A stretch of DNA of 64,000 bases, from sequence record OM386661.1. One strand, 5' to 3'. The position numbers and the translations under genes are program-made. The DNA comes from Escherichia phage vB_EcoM_ESCO45. Below the pieces are notes generated by a model. The model made no database searches. It was not told the origin of the DNA and was given only the letters and a program-made list of their open reading frames with translations. Positions 45,850-56,292 of the stretch are shown piece after piece. The first letter of the stretch is position 1, and each line of letters starts with the position of its first letter.

Positions 45850-46704
45850 ATGTCTAAAGTTGTTAAAATGAAAGCTCCGGTAGAGAAGTACAACGGTACT
45901 GAACGTCAAACTCTGCGTTACCTGCTGAAAGATGTCTGGTTTTATTACTTGAATACTTCACCACGTCCGGGGAAAGGTAAGTCTATTGATAAGAAATTCC
46001 CAGGCAAAGACTGTAACTACAGCGTATCAATTCTGGCAGAAGACGGTAACAAACTATTTAAAGAGTTTACTAAGTCTAAGAAGAACCCAGAAGGTTGGGA
46101 TAAAGTTACTACTGAAGCAGTTGATGCAGATGACTTCGAAGAGAAGTTTGGTTGCAAACCACCTTTTGAAGCAGACACTTACCACATCTTGAAAGTAAGT
46201 CGTGCAGCAGCTTATAAAGATGGTGCTGTATGGACAGCTAAACAGTCATTCCCTGTAATGCTGATTGAAGAAGTAAATGGTAAGCGTGTAGCTGTTAAAC
46301 AGCCGATGAAGAAAATCAAAGCTCAAGCATCTGATAAACATGAAGATGACAAGAACTATGATGTAATTCATCCAGATATTGCAGTTGGTAACGGTTCTTT
46401 TGGTAGTGTGATTCTTTCTACTCACTTCTACACTTTTGAGAACAATGTTCTGACAAAACCTATTCAGGAACAGTTTATCATTGATACTCTTGTACCTTAC
46501 GCTGGCGGTAACGGTGCTAATGGTGAACCTGAACTGGATGAAGATGAACTGGCTATGCTTGGTCTTGACGGTGTTGAAGATAACGGTGAAATCACTGAAG
46601 AAGACGCAACAGACCACAAACCTTCGAATGATTCTGATGATGATGAAGAAGATTTGCCAGACCCAGATGACGAAGAAGATGAAGACTTCGATACAGAAGA
46701 CTAA
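45850..46704 (+). CDS. single-stranded DNA-binding protein (T7 gp2.5-like, putative)
   Basis: Strongly acidic C-terminal tail (DDDEEDLPDPDDEEDEDFDTED) with Phe near the end; sits among replication genes. Confidence 0.5.
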   Translation: MSKVVKMKAPVEKYNGTERQTLRYLLKDVWFYYLNTSPRPGKGKSIDKKFPGKDCNYSVSILAEDGNKLFKEFTKSKKNPEGWDKVTTEAVDADDFEEKFGCKPPFEADTYHILKVSRAAAYKDGAVWTAKQSFPVMLIEEVNGKRVAVKQPMKKIKAQASDKHEDDKNYDVIHPDIAVGNGSFGSVILSTHFYTFENNVLTKPIQEQFIIDTLVPYAGGNGANGEPELDEDELAMLGLDGVEDNGEITEEDATDHKPSNDSDDDEEDLPDPDDEEDEDFDTED

Positions 46705-46724
46705 TCTCTAAAAGTTACTTTAAA

Positions 46725-46760
46725 GCCCTGTACTCAGTATGGGGCTTTTTCATATGGAGA
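46725..46760 (+). terminator. candidate terminator
   Basis: AGCCC...GGGGCT imperfect hairpin followed by TTTTT. Confidence 0.4.
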
Positions 46761-46766
46761 GCCATA

Positions 46767-47807
46767 ATGGAGAAGTACACATTAACAAAACTTCCCGATT
46801 CAGTTACACATGTTTTTATTGACTCTGACAGTATCGCCTATAAAGGTGCTTGTGTAGTTGAGAAAGCAAAGTATAAATACGTCAATAAACTCACAGCAGA
46901 AGAATCTGAGCCATTTGATAATGCGAAAGATGCTGCAAGATGGTTAGCAGACCAGAGAATCCTTGTGGAAGAACTTGGCCTGACATTTGATGAAGATGAA
47001 TGGGAAAGACAGACTTGGAAAGAAGCTAAGAGCGAAAAAGAAGCTATCATGGCTACTCAACAGGTTCTTCAGGAATGGCTTAAGGTTGTTGGTAAAGAGA
47101 GAACTTGGGTAGGCTATTTAACAGAGAAAGGTGTGCATAAACATAAAGACGTTAAAGGTCTTGAGCACCAATATCAAGGTAACCGCAAAGATGCTGTCAC
47201 ACCAACACACTTAGTTGCTTGTCGTGAATATCTTTTATCCAGACCAGAGTTCAAACTAATTCTTGATGGATTTGAAGCCGACTCTATCGTTATTGCTAAA
47301 GCTGAAAAGATGGGTAAAAAGGCTGCCTTAATGAGTATTGATAAAGACCTTCGCCAAGCTGAAGGAACTTACTGCATTGATATGACCTATGAAAAGTCAC
47401 CTTTGATTTTCATTGCTGATAACAACGTTGGTGAAATTTGGGATTGCCCAATAAAATCAACACCAAAAGCTAAGAAGACAGTTGGTGTAGGTTTTAAATT
47501 CCTTTGTTACCAAGCTGTGGCTGGTGATAACGCGGATAATTATTTTGGTTTAAAGGGCGTTGGTAAGGCTACTGTAATGAAAGCACTTGAAGGTAAAACC
47601 ACCTACAAAGAGTGTCTTGATGCAATTTATGAGCTTTATGCTAAGAAAGAGTCATACACTTATGTCTCGTGGGATGGTCAAACAATCACCAGAACACCTT
47701 TAGAGTTAATGCAGCAACACTTTTTCTTAGCTTATCAGGAAAGAAACAAGAAAGACGATTTCACTTTTAAGAAATATAATTGGGAGCCGTGTATGAATGA
47801 AGATTAA
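46767..47807 (+). CDS. 5'-3' exonuclease / flap endonuclease (T7 gp6-like)
   Basis: Acidic clusters (FIDSDSIA, SIDKD) and H3TH-like GLKGVGKAT motif. Confidence 0.65.
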   Translation: MEKYTLTKLPDSVTHVFIDSDSIAYKGACVVEKAKYKYVNKLTAEESEPFDNAKDAARWLADQRILVEELGLTFDEDEWERQTWKEAKSEKEAIMATQQVLQEWLKVVGKERTWVGYLTEKGVHKHKDVKGLEHQYQGNRKDAVTPTHLVACREYLLSRPEFKLILDGFEADSIVIAKAEKMGKKAALMSIDKDLRQAEGTYCIDMTYEKSPLIFIADNNVGEIWDCPIKSTPKAKKTVGVGFKFLCYQAVAGDNADNYFGLKGVGKATVMKALEGKTTYKECLDAIYELYAKKESYTYVSWDGQTITRTPLELMQQHFFLAYQERNKKDDFTFKKYNWEPCMNED

Positions 47808-48294
47808 AGGATTTGGCAATTGCCCTACCTATGGTCATTGGGTATCTTTATGTGGGGAAGTTGACCCCACTAAACATTTTGGCTTTGTCTATTTAGTACA
47901 CTGTAAGAAGACTGGACAATATTATATCGGAAAGAAACAGCTTAACAGTGTGACCAAAAGAAAAGTTGCTGGGAAGACTCGGAAGAAGGTAGTCACTAAG
48001 GAAAGTGATTGGCTGACTTACGAGACTTCTTCTGAGTATATTAAAAAAGATATTGAAAGCTTTGGAAAGGAATCTTTTGACTTTTACATTATTCAGACCT
48101 ACTACACAAAAGGTGGCCTAGTCTATGGTGAAGCAAACCTTCAACATAAATTCGATGTAATGACAAAAAGGATTGACTCTAAGCTCAGACTCTTCTACAA
48201 TGCCAACATTGCAGCAATTAAGTTTATTACTAAAGAAACTTATGAAGATGCTGAAAAAAGAATCCATAAGGTAATGAAAGCAAATTGTGCTTGA
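47797..48294 (+). CDS. GIY-YIG nuclease
   Basis: FVYLVHC...GQYYIGKK matches GIY-(x10)-YIG spacing; basic region follows. Confidence 0.55.
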   Translation: MKIKGFGNCPTYGHWVSLCGEVDPTKHFGFVYLVHCKKTGQYYIGKKQLNSVTKRKVAGKTRKKVVTKESDWLTYETSSEYIKKDIESFGKESFDFYIIQTYYTKGGLVYGEANLQHKFDVMTKRIDSKLRLFYNANIAAIKFITKETYEDAEKRIHKVMKANCA

Positions 48295-48320
48295 CAACTA
48301 TTGAGAGAGATTAAAATGTT
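48292..48320 (+). promoter_or_regulatory. TTGACA -35 candidate immediately upstream of 48316 ORF
   Basis: TTGACAactattgagagagatTAAAATG; -10 would overlap the start codon, so weak. Confidence 0.3.
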
Positions 48321-48564
48321 TAACAAAAGTAAGGCTGTGAGTCATGTAGCGAAAGTTGACAGCAAGATTGAAGAACTTGAGCGCATCCTTGCAAATGCTA
48401 GAGAGTCAATAATTAAAGAAGTTGAAGCTGTTGAATCTCAAATGCAGCACCTAATTCTTAAACGTCAAGAGTTACGTGAGCATCTAGAATATATTGAAAC
48501 ACGAGAGCTAAAGGTTAACAAATATTTTAAGGAGTCCAAATGTTTAACTCAAGAGAATCAGTAA
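48316..48564 (+). CDS. hypothetical coiled-coil protein
   Basis: Track ORF starts at TTG 48301; first ATG at 48316. Confidence 0.35.
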   Translation: MFNKSKAVSHVAKVDSKIEELERILANARESIIKEVEAVESQMQHLILKRQELREHLEYIETRELKVNKYFKESKCLTQENQ

Positions 48565-49295
48565 AAAACTGGAACCTTCGTTGTGGAAACACTCAAAAGC
48601 AACCTTATAGTGATGAGTATTGGGAATCTTTAAAATCTCAATCTCTGTGTATGCTTGAAGAAGCAAAAGAGCTTGTAAAAGCAATTGAAGAGAAAGACCC
48701 CATTGAGACACTGGATGCTCAGGCAGATTTGCAATATGTTCTTGACGGTTTGATTTACCTGTCACAACATGACCATAGTGGTGCTATGAAAGCTGTTTGC
48801 CATAATAACGACCTGAAGTACACAGATGACTATGAAGAGGCTTTAAAACGTCTTGCAGACATTGAAAAGCGTACTGGTCAAGAGTGTACTATCAGAATGT
48901 CAGTAGTTGATGGTAAAGAGTGGTATGCGATTGTTCGTGCAGCCGATGGGAAGATTATGAAGCAATCAAATCTCCCTAAAGTACAGCTTGGTGAATACAT
49001 TGTAGAGCTTGAAAGCCAAGAACTTTTTGTGGTAGTATCTGAGACATGCGTTATCTGCAAAGGTCTTGTAGGTAGCTTAAAGGATTTGGGTGTAGATGGT
49101 TTTGTAGAAGTTAATCCAATTACCTCTAAAGCAGATAAAGACTTCTGTAAAGAGAATGGACTATGGATTGCAGATATTGTCTACTATGATGGTGAACAGT
49201 TCCATGTAACCTCATACCCGAAACTGAATTATGATGCTAATAACCTGAAGTGCTGGTTAAAAGGGGTTGGTTATAATGGATTCACAGAACATTAA
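48540..49295 (+). CDS. MazG-like nucleotide pyrophosphohydrolase domain protein with extra C-terminal domain (putative)
   Basis: N-terminal helical segment with EExxE...D acidic pattern (LEEAKELVKAIEEKD...LDAQADL). Confidence 0.35.
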   Translation: MFNSRESVKNWNLRCGNTQKQPYSDEYWESLKSQSLCMLEEAKELVKAIEEKDPIETLDAQADLQYVLDGLIYLSQHDHSGAMKAVCHNNDLKYTDDYEEALKRLADIEKRTGQECTIRMSVVDGKEWYAIVRAADGKIMKQSNLPKVQLGEYIVELESQELFVVVSETCVICKGLVGSLKDLGVDGFVEVNPITSKADKDFCKENGLWIADIVYYDGEQFHVTSYPKLNYDANNLKCWLKGVGYNGFTEH

Positions 49296-49599
49296 TAAAG
49301 AGGGTGTGGCTCAGAAGAGCCACTTCTCAAACTACAATATTTCTATGACGGTGTTTATGAATGACCCGTTACTTGAAAAGTATGGTGAGACTCCAGATAC
49401 ACTTCTGGATAATGAACAAGTTTTAAAAGCAGTCCTGTACAAATACGGGATTGACATTGAGAAAGAGTATTCTTTTGAAATCTGCCAACACAGGAATACC
49501 TTTGGTAAAGTTGTGATGGCTCCGCTCTTTATGGGTGTAGAAAGGACTGACTATGGTTGGCTGTATCTGAAAAGAAACTTGGAGAGATACTGTGTCTAA
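49267..49599 (+). CDS. hypothetical protein
   Basis: 110-aa ORF. Confidence 0.3.
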   Translation: MVIMDSQNINKEGVAQKSHFSNYNISMTVFMNDPLLEKYGETPDTLLDNEQVLKAVLYKYGIDIEKEYSFEICQHRNTFGKVVMAPLFMGVERTDYGWLYLKRNLERYCV

Positions 49600-49930
49600 A
49601 ACAAAAAAGCTATCTTATGATAATATTATCTCAGGTGCTAAGTTAGGTGTTGATAGTATCGGACAAGATGTTAAGCACGGAGACACAGTTATGTACTGTG
49701 ATGACCGAAGAGGCAGAAGTGCAATCTTGTTTGGAAGAATTGTTTGCAAGATGCGAGGTAATTACGTTGTTGCAGACATGGATGTGAACGCTACACAAAA
49801 ACTTGAAACACTTAGGGATGATAATACATCATCATGGTTCTCCCTGAATTGTATGCACACCTCTTCAGTCACAAAAGTAAGTGATAAGTTTTACGATATG
49901 TGGCAGAATGAGCAAATTTTCAAGATTTAA
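49592..49930 (+). CDS. hypothetical protein
   Basis: 112-aa ORF followed by terminator. Confidence 0.3.
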   Translation: MSKTKKLSYDNIISGAKLGVDSIGQDVKHGDTVMYCDDRRGRSAILFGRIVCKMRGNYVVADMDVNATQKLETLRDDNTSSWFSLNCMHTSSVTKVSDKFYDMWQNEQIFKI

Positions 49931-49933
49931 ACT

Positions 49934-49962
49934 AGGGAGCCTCTTCGGAGGCTCTTTTCATC
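49934..49962 (+). terminator. rho-independent terminator
   Basis: GGGAGCCTC-TTCG-GAGGCTC hairpin followed by TTTTC. Confidence 0.65.
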
Positions 49963-49976
49963 TGTAGGATTCGAAA

Positions 49977-52211
49977 ATGATTAAGACAATTAAAAAATCA
50001 AACGGTACAGTAGCAAGCTTTGACCCAGAAAGACTGAATAAGTGGGCATCATGGGCAGATAAACGTGGAATTATCTGGTCAGAAGTTACTATGGAAGCTA
50101 TGAAACGCGTCTATGAAGGTTGCACTACAAAAGAGATGCACCAAGCCATGATTGATGTTTGTGTTGACAAACAAACTCAAGAATACTCAGATATGGCTGG
50201 GCGGCTACTTTTGGGTATCATCTACAAAGAAGCCTTTGGAGGCTTTACTAAGGTTCCTACGCTGGTTACCTTCGTTAAAAATATGGAAAGAGCAGGACTT
50301 TGGGAGAAGATGGATTATTCACAGGAAGAGCTTGAATACCTGCAAGGTTACATCGTGCACTCAAAAGATATCTCTTACGGTTATGCAGTCTTGAAACAGT
50401 TCAGAGACAAGTACGGTATCCGTGATATTAAAACTGGAAGACTTTTTGAGTCACCACAATTTATGTTTATAGGTATGGCTATGAAAGCCTTTGAGAAGCA
50501 ACCAAAGCACCGTAGACTGCAAGATGTTATCAAGCTGTACACTTACCTATCTGACCTGAAGATTAACGCTCCTACGCCTTATTTAAACGGTTTAAGAGCC
50601 ACCAAGTCAGGCTATGCGTCATGCTGTTTGATTAAGGCAAATGATACTGCTGAATCACTTGGTATTGCTGCAAAGGTTGCTTATGATATGACTACAAAGC
50701 AAGCTGGTATCGGTATGCTGATGGAGACTCGCACTATTGGTGATGGTATCCGTCAAAACACGATTGAGCACATGGGTAAGCTACCTTATTACAAGCTTGT
50801 ACGTTCATCTGTAGAGGCAAACAAACAGAAGAGTCGTGGTGGTTCAGCTAATAACTTCTACACTGCTCTAGACCCGCAGATTGAAGATTTACTGCGTTTG
50901 AAGCACCCTACAACGGTTCCTTCTAAACGTATTAATGAGATGGACTACTCATTCGGCACAAACGATTATTTCTGGCAGTGTGTTCAGTATGATACAGATT
51001 GGTTGCTATTCTCTTACAAAGATGCACCAAAACTCTATGACATGTTCTACACAGCATCTGCTGATGAGTTTGCTATGGCAGTTGGTCACGCAGTACATTC
51101 AGGAGTTAAGCACAGACGAGTAAAGGCTCGTGAAATTGCTAAGCTGTTTATTCAACAGCGTTATGCTACAGGTCGTGTGTATCCATTCTTCACTAACAAT
51201 GCGAACACACATACACCATTTAAAGAGCCTTTGAAGATGTCAAATCTTTGTATGGAAATTGTGTTGCCAGTGTATGGTTTTGAGAAAGAGACAGACCTTT
51301 ACAGAGACGACGCTGTGAAAGAGGATGGTGAGGTGGCTCTTTGCTTCCTAGCTAGTTTGGTTGCAGGGAGAATTTCAGAAGATGAATACGCTGACGTTGC
51401 TTATTATGCTCTTGCAATGGTTGACTCCGTTATTGACCTTATGGATTATCCGTATCCGTCGATGCGTAACCATGTACAGAAGCGTCGTTCTGTTGGGATT
51501 GGCCTTACAAATGTGGCTCATTACCTTGCGAAGAACTACGTGAACTACTCTTCACGAGCAGGTAAAACGAAACTTCATGAACTTGCAGAGATGCACTCTT
51601 ACTATCTGCATGAAGCCTCTCTGAGACTTGCTAAAGAGCGTGGTGTTCCAGAGTACATGAAGTTCACTAAGTATCCTGAAGGCTGGATTCCTCCAAAGAC
51701 AGCTAACAAGAAGATTGATGAAAAGCATGATGCAAAACTACGATATGATTGGGATGACTTAGCACAACGTATCAAAGAGAATGGTGGAATCCGAAACTCT
51801 GTATTAGAAGCTTACATGCCTAATGAGAGTTCTTCACTAGCAACTAATACGACAAATGGCTTGTACCCAATTCGTGACTTTATTTTAACTAAAAAGTCTG
51901 CAACTGGTAACGTGCTGTTTATTGTTCCAGATTATGAAGAGTTGAAGTATGTATATGAAATTGCTTGGGATATCGACACCTTTGATATGATTGACTGTTA
52001 TGCAATTGTTCAAAAGTTCACTGGTCAAGCTATTTCTTCAGACTTCTATGTTGACTATGCAAAGTCTAAAAAGGTATCATTGGCTCAAGCTCTGAAGTAC
52101 ATGATTTATGCCAACTCGGTAGGTATGAAAACCATGTACTACCTTAACAGTCGCATTGGTGTAGGTAAATCTGCACTGCAAGATGCTTATTGCGAGGGTT
52201 GTGGTGTTTAG
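49977..52211 (+). CDS. nrdA: ribonucleotide reductase class Ia large subunit
   Basis: N-terminal ATP-cone-like segment, 744 aa, C-terminal Cys pair (CEGCGV), followed by nrdB and glutaredoxin. Confidence 0.85.
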   Translation: MIKTIKKSNGTVASFDPERLNKWASWADKRGIIWSEVTMEAMKRVYEGCTTKEMHQAMIDVCVDKQTQEYSDMAGRLLLGIIYKEAFGGFTKVPTLVTFVKNMERAGLWEKMDYSQEELEYLQGYIVHSKDISYGYAVLKQFRDKYGIRDIKTGRLFESPQFMFIGMAMKAFEKQPKHRRLQDVIKLYTYLSDLKINAPTPYLNGLRATKSGYASCCLIKANDTAESLGIAAKVAYDMTTKQAGIGMLMETRTIGDGIRQNTIEHMGKLPYYKLVRSSVEANKQKSRGGSANNFYTALDPQIEDLLRLKHPTTVPSKRINEMDYSFGTNDYFWQCVQYDTDWLLFSYKDAPKLYDMFYTASADEFAMAVGHAVHSGVKHRRVKAREIAKLFIQQRYATGRVYPFFTNNANTHTPFKEPLKMSNLCMEIVLPVYGFEKETDLYRDDAVKEDGEVALCFLASLVAGRISEDEYADVAYYALAMVDSVIDLMDYPYPSMRNHVQKRRSVGIGLTNVAHYLAKNYVNYSSRAGKTKLHELAEMHSYYLHEASLRLAKERGVPEYMKFTKYPEGWIPPKTANKKIDEKHDAKLRYDWDDLAQRIKENGGIRNSVLEAYMPNESSSLATNTTNGLYPIRDFILTKKSATGNVLFIVPDYEELKYVYEIAWDIDTFDMIDCYAIVQKFTGQAISSDFYVDYAKSKKVSLAQALKYMIYANSVGMKTMYYLNSRIGVGKSALQDAYCEGCGV

Positions 52212-52266
52212 TTTTAACAACTATGAGGGTCGTAAAAGACCCTCTAAAAATAACTTTGGAGAGACC

Positions 52267-52524
52267 ATGAAAGACTTAATAGAAAAACATGAGCGACCTA
52301 TATACTTGCTTCACAAGCCTCGGAAAACGATGTACTATGTGAGTAGCACAGATATGATGATAAAACAAAAAGATGACTCATGGGTTACTGGTATCTCTTA
52401 CATCTCTACAGCAGATGGTAAAATCTACGCAAGACCTTATGAGATGTTTAACAAAGAAAATTGGGAAGTTTTAGACAGAAAACAAGCCTCAGAAATGATA
52501 AAGAAAGGAGAAATCACACTATGA
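52267..52524 (+). CDS. hypothetical protein between nrdA and nrdB
   Basis: Track ORF 52183..52524 overlaps nrdA 3' end; first ATG at 52267. Confidence 0.3.
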   Translation: MKDLIEKHERPIYLLHKPRKTMYYVSSTDMMIKQKDDSWVTGISYISTADGKIYARPYEMFNKENWEVLDRKQASEMIKKGEITL

Positions 52525-53594
52525 TTAACCAGCACCCAATCTTTTTAGGTGGTGAGAGAAAAACTTTTGACTCACTTAATAAACACTACCCAAAAATCTT
52601 TGAACTTTATAAACAACAAAAAGCACAAGACTGGTCAGAAGATGAGTTCCCTTTTGAACAATCACGTCTTGATTTTGAGAGTGTCCCAGCATCTATGTCA
52701 GGTGTAATGCTTGAGATTCTTAAGTGGCAATGGGAAGCAGACACTCAAGTTGCTAAGAGCTTGGCATTTGCCTTTGCACCCTTTATCTCTGACGACATCT
52801 ATGCAACTGCAATTATGAAGCAGTCTGAGATTGAAAACCTACATGCTCTTACTTACTCAGAGATTGTAAGACAATGTATTAAAAACCCTGAAACAATCTT
52901 AGATGAGATTAACCAGAATGTTGCTGTACAAGACCGATTAAAAACTGTGAATCGTGTTCTTGAAGAATTACTGGATGAAGGTATAAACTATCGTCTGAGT
53001 TATGTGCGTGACTCACTTCTGGACAAAGACCCTTTACACTTCCATAAAGTGATTCTGAAAGGTCTATTTGCAGTGACTGCACTGGAAGGTATATCTTTTA
53101 TGGCATCCTTTGCATGTACCTTTGCACTTGATGCTCAAGATAAATTTCAGGGTATTGCTCAAGCTGTCCAGAAAATTATGCTTGACGAAATCCTTCACAC
53201 TAAAATTGATATTGAAGTTTTAAAAGAAACTTTAAGAGACGATGAGTGGCAGAAAGCTTTTCAACAAATTCTTCCAGAGATTAAAGTAATCTTAGATGAA
53301 GTAGTTGAAAGTGAAGAGAAATGGTCGTATTATATCTTCTCCGAAGGACGTGCTGTAGTTGGCTTAAATACAAAGCTTCTTCATGAGTGGGTTTACTATA
53401 ATGCTGCCCCGCTGTATGATATGTTTGGTATTCAAAGAGATTTTGTAGCTCCTAAAGAACCACCTTTGAAGTACATGATTAAGAAGATGGAAATTGATAA
53501 AGAGCAGAATGCTAATCAGGAGCAACAGAACGGTGCGTACCTATTGAATACTGTTGTAGACGATTTGAATAGTGGATTTTTAGAGGTTCCTTAA
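52521..53594 (+). CDS. nrdB: ribonucleotide reductase class Ia small subunit
   Basis: Ferritin-like helical protein after nrdA; start trimmed to ATG at 52521 after AAAGGAG (track start 52461). Confidence 0.8.
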   Translation: MINQHPIFLGGERKTFDSLNKHYPKIFELYKQQKAQDWSEDEFPFEQSRLDFESVPASMSGVMLEILKWQWEADTQVAKSLAFAFAPFISDDIYATAIMKQSEIENLHALTYSEIVRQCIKNPETILDEINQNVAVQDRLKTVNRVLEELLDEGINYRLSYVRDSLLDKDPLHFHKVILKGLFAVTALEGISFMASFACTFALDAQDKFQGIAQAVQKIMLDEILHTKIDIEVLKETLRDDEWQKAFQQILPEIKVILDEVVESEEKWSYYIFSEGRAVVGLNTKLLHEWVYYNAAPLYDMFGIQRDFVAPKEPPLKYMIKKMEIDKEQNANQEQQNGAYLLNTVVDDLNSGFLEVP

Positions 53595-53836
53595 TGACTT
53601 ATGTAATTTACTCCAAAACTGGATGCCCTCAGTGTGAGACTGCAAAGAATTTTGCAAAAGCCCGTGGTATTGACCATGTTGTGAGAATGTTAGGGCAGGA
53701 TTATGAGCTATCAGAACTAATGGATATTGCACAGATGCCAGTTCGTCAGATGCCATTCATCATGAAAACTGATGGACAAAACCTAAAACCTGTTGGGACG
53801 CTACAGAATTTTATGGCAGAGGTGAATAATGCTTAA
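53594..53836 (+). CDS. glutaredoxin-like protein (NrdH/T4 NrdC-like)
   Basis: CPQC active-site motif in an 80-aa thioredoxin-fold-sized protein adjacent to RNR genes. Confidence 0.75.
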   Translation: MTYVIYSKTGCPQCETAKNFAKARGIDHVVRMLGQDYELSELMDIAQMPVRQMPFIMKTDGQNLKPVGTLQNFMAEVNNA

Positions 53837-54035
53837 ACACATTTGGGAAGGTTTGGTTGTTGATGCACCAGCTATTGTGATTGGTATACTTATTGTTAAC
53901 CTATTTACTGACTTTGAACAAGGTTCGTTGTTTGGAGCCATGTTACTATGGGTTATCTTTGAAATATTAGAGATACAGTTAGGTATCACTGAAAAACTAA
54001 GAGAACTCTTTGCGAAGTTTTCTAAAAAGATTTAA
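53829..54035 (+). CDS. small hydrophobic protein
   Basis: 68 aa with two predicted hydrophobic helices. Confidence 0.3.
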   Translation: MLKHIWEGLVVDAPAIVIGILIVNLFTDFEQGSLFGAMLLWVIFEILEIQLGITEKLRELFAKFSKKI

Positions 54036-54042
54036 AATGAAA

Positions 54043-54066
54043 GGGTCTCTTCGGAGACCTTTTTAG
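54043..54066 (+). terminator. rho-independent terminator
   Basis: GGGTCTC-TTCG-GAGACC hairpin followed by TTTTT. Confidence 0.6.
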
Positions 54067-54083
54067 AATGTAAAGGGGCAATA

Positions 54084-56228
54084 ATGAACAAAGTACAGAT
54101 TATTAAAAAGAATGGCTCACTCGAAGAACCTGATATCAAAAAAGTTTTAACAGCAGTCACAAAGTCAGCTAACAGAGTTGGTTATAAAGAGCTTCCACCA
54201 GATGTTACCCAAGCTCTTGAGTCAGCATTTATGAGGGTTCTGGTAAAATCCACTAAGCAGAATAATTTACTCATTTCAGTAAATGATATTCACAGTATTG
54301 TTGAGGGTGCTTTGGCAGAAGTCAACCACGAGATTTATGAGTCTTACTCAACATATAGAAATTACCGTAAAGAAGTTGCTCAAAATTGGGATGAACTTTA
54401 CCAGAAGACCAAAGATACACTCTTCTTAGGTGACAGAGAGAATGCTAACTTTGACAGCAGTTTAATTTCTACAAAAGGCTCAATTATTCGTGGTTATCTG
54501 ACTAAAGAAATCTTTAAACAGTACCATTTAACACCAGAGGAACTTGAAGCCATTGAAAAAGGGTTTATCTATATCCATGATTTAAGAGACCTAATTTTTG
54601 GTGGTATCAACTGTTGTCTGTTTGACATTGGTAAAGTCCTGAAAGGTGGCTTTGAAATGTCTGGCATTGAATATTGTGAACCGAAGTCTGTACTGTCAGC
54701 CTTACAGGTTATTGGTGACGTAGTTCTTTCAGCAACTGCACAGCAATTTGGTGGTTTTACTTTAGCAGAGATTGATAAGGTACTTGTGCCGTATGCTAAG
54801 AAGTCTCTACGCTATCATGCTGAGAAAGCAGCATCTTATGGTATTCCTAAAGAACATTACCACAATTATGTCATGGAACAGCTACAGATTGAACTGACTC
54901 AAGGTTTCCAGTCACTTGAAATGAAACTAAATACTGTACCTTGTAGTCGTGGGGATTTTGCATTCACAACTTTGACATTCGGGTTACTTGACTCAGATAT
55001 GTCTAATGAAGATAACCGACTGCAATACATGATTGCGAGCACTCTCCTAGATGTTCGTATGAATGGACAAGGTAAGAGCAAGAAGCCTGTTGTATTTCCT
55101 AAACTGGTTTATATTTATGACCAGAAGAGACACGATGAGAATATCTGTCAAGGACACCTGTACAGTAAAGCCATTGAGTGTTGCTCTAAAGCAATGTATC
55201 CAGATTTCTTAAGTGTATCTGGTCATGGTGCTGTAGCAGAGGCTTTTGAGCGTTCTGGTAAGGTTATTTCACCGATGGGTTGCAGAGCCTTCTTATCTCC
55301 ATATTTTAACGAGAATGGGGAAGAGTTCTACGTTGGTCGTGCTAACATTGGTGCTGTCTCTTTGAACTTACCAATGATTTATCAGTACACCAAAGAGAAT
55401 GGTTTAGATTTCTGGAAAGAGCTTGATAAGTACCTAGAGATGATTCGCAGCTTCCACAAGAAACGTTACGAAATGATTGCTAATATGCCAGCAAGTTCTA
55501 ACCCTCTTGCATTTACACAAGGTGGTCTGTATAAAGGTACTAAGAAGCCTACTGACAAGGTTGGTTGGGATATCGTGAAATCTTTCACAGCCTCTTTTGG
55601 GGTTACTGCGCTTGATGAGCTATCTGTTCTTGCTGAGGGTAAACGACTCCATGAAGTTGGAAGCTGTAGTTTTGCATATGATGTTCTGGCATACATTAAC
55701 ATGAAAACTGAAGAGTTTAAGAACGAAGATGGCTTCTTGTATGCGGTATATGGCACTCCAGCAGAATCACTTTGTGGAACTCAGTTAAAACAGTTCAGAG
55801 ATATGTTTGGCGTTATTAAAGGTGTCTCTGACAAGGAATACTTTACAAACAGTTTCCATATGAATGTTGCAGCAGATATTACACCATTTGAGAAGCAGGA
55901 CTTAGAAGAACCCTTCTTCCATATCTGTAGAGGCGGCAGAATCCAGTATGTAAGGGTAGCTAATCCAGAAAACTTATCAGCACTTAAAAGTTGTATTACA
56001 AGGGGGATGTTGAAAGGTTTCTATCAGGGACTTAACTTTGACTTAGCAATCTGTGAACATTGTGGTAACAGACCAAAGGCTGATGTTGAAGAATGTGAGG
56101 TTTGTCATTCACACGATATCTCTGTGATTAACAGGGTGTGCGGGTACTTGTCATTCACAAAAATTAAAGGTCAGTCTCGAATGAATGACGCTAAGATGGC
56201 AGAAATTAAGGATAGGGTTTCTATGTAA
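54084..56228 (+). CDS. nrdD: anaerobic ribonucleotide reductase (class III)
   Basis: C-terminal zinc ribbon CEHCG...CEVC and glycyl-radical motif RVCGYL. Confidence 0.85.
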   Translation: MNKVQIIKKNGSLEEPDIKKVLTAVTKSANRVGYKELPPDVTQALESAFMRVLVKSTKQNNLLISVNDIHSIVEGALAEVNHEIYESYSTYRNYRKEVAQNWDELYQKTKDTLFLGDRENANFDSSLISTKGSIIRGYLTKEIFKQYHLTPEELEAIEKGFIYIHDLRDLIFGGINCCLFDIGKVLKGGFEMSGIEYCEPKSVLSALQVIGDVVLSATAQQFGGFTLAEIDKVLVPYAKKSLRYHAEKAASYGIPKEHYHNYVMEQLQIELTQGFQSLEMKLNTVPCSRGDFAFTTLTFGLLDSDMSNEDNRLQYMIASTLLDVRMNGQGKSKKPVVFPKLVYIYDQKRHDENICQGHLYSKAIECCSKAMYPDFLSVSGHGAVAEAFERSGKVISPMGCRAFLSPYFNENGEEFYVGRANIGAVSLNLPMIYQYTKENGLDFWKELDKYLEMIRSFHKKRYEMIANMPASSNPLAFTQGGLYKGTKKPTDKVGWDIVKSFTASFGVTALDELSVLAEGKRLHEVGSCSFAYDVLAYINMKTEEFKNEDGFLYAVYGTPAESLCGTQLKQFRDMFGVIKGVSDKEYFTNSFHMNVAADITPFEKQDLEEPFFHICRGGRIQYVRVANPENLSALKSCITRGMLKGFYQGLNFDLAICEHCGNRPKADVEECEVCHSHDISVINRVCGYLSFTKIKGQSRMNDAKMAEIKDRVSM

Positions 56229-56231
56229 AAC

Positions 56232-56261
56232 TTGACAAGGTGGTGTGGGTTTTGATAGGCT
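56232..56261 (+). promoter_or_regulatory. sigma70-like promoter candidate upstream of nrdG
   Basis: ACTTGACAAGGT core then TAGGCT. Confidence 0.4.
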
Positions 56262-56292
56262 TACATCACCTTTTTATTGGTGAGGTAACTAG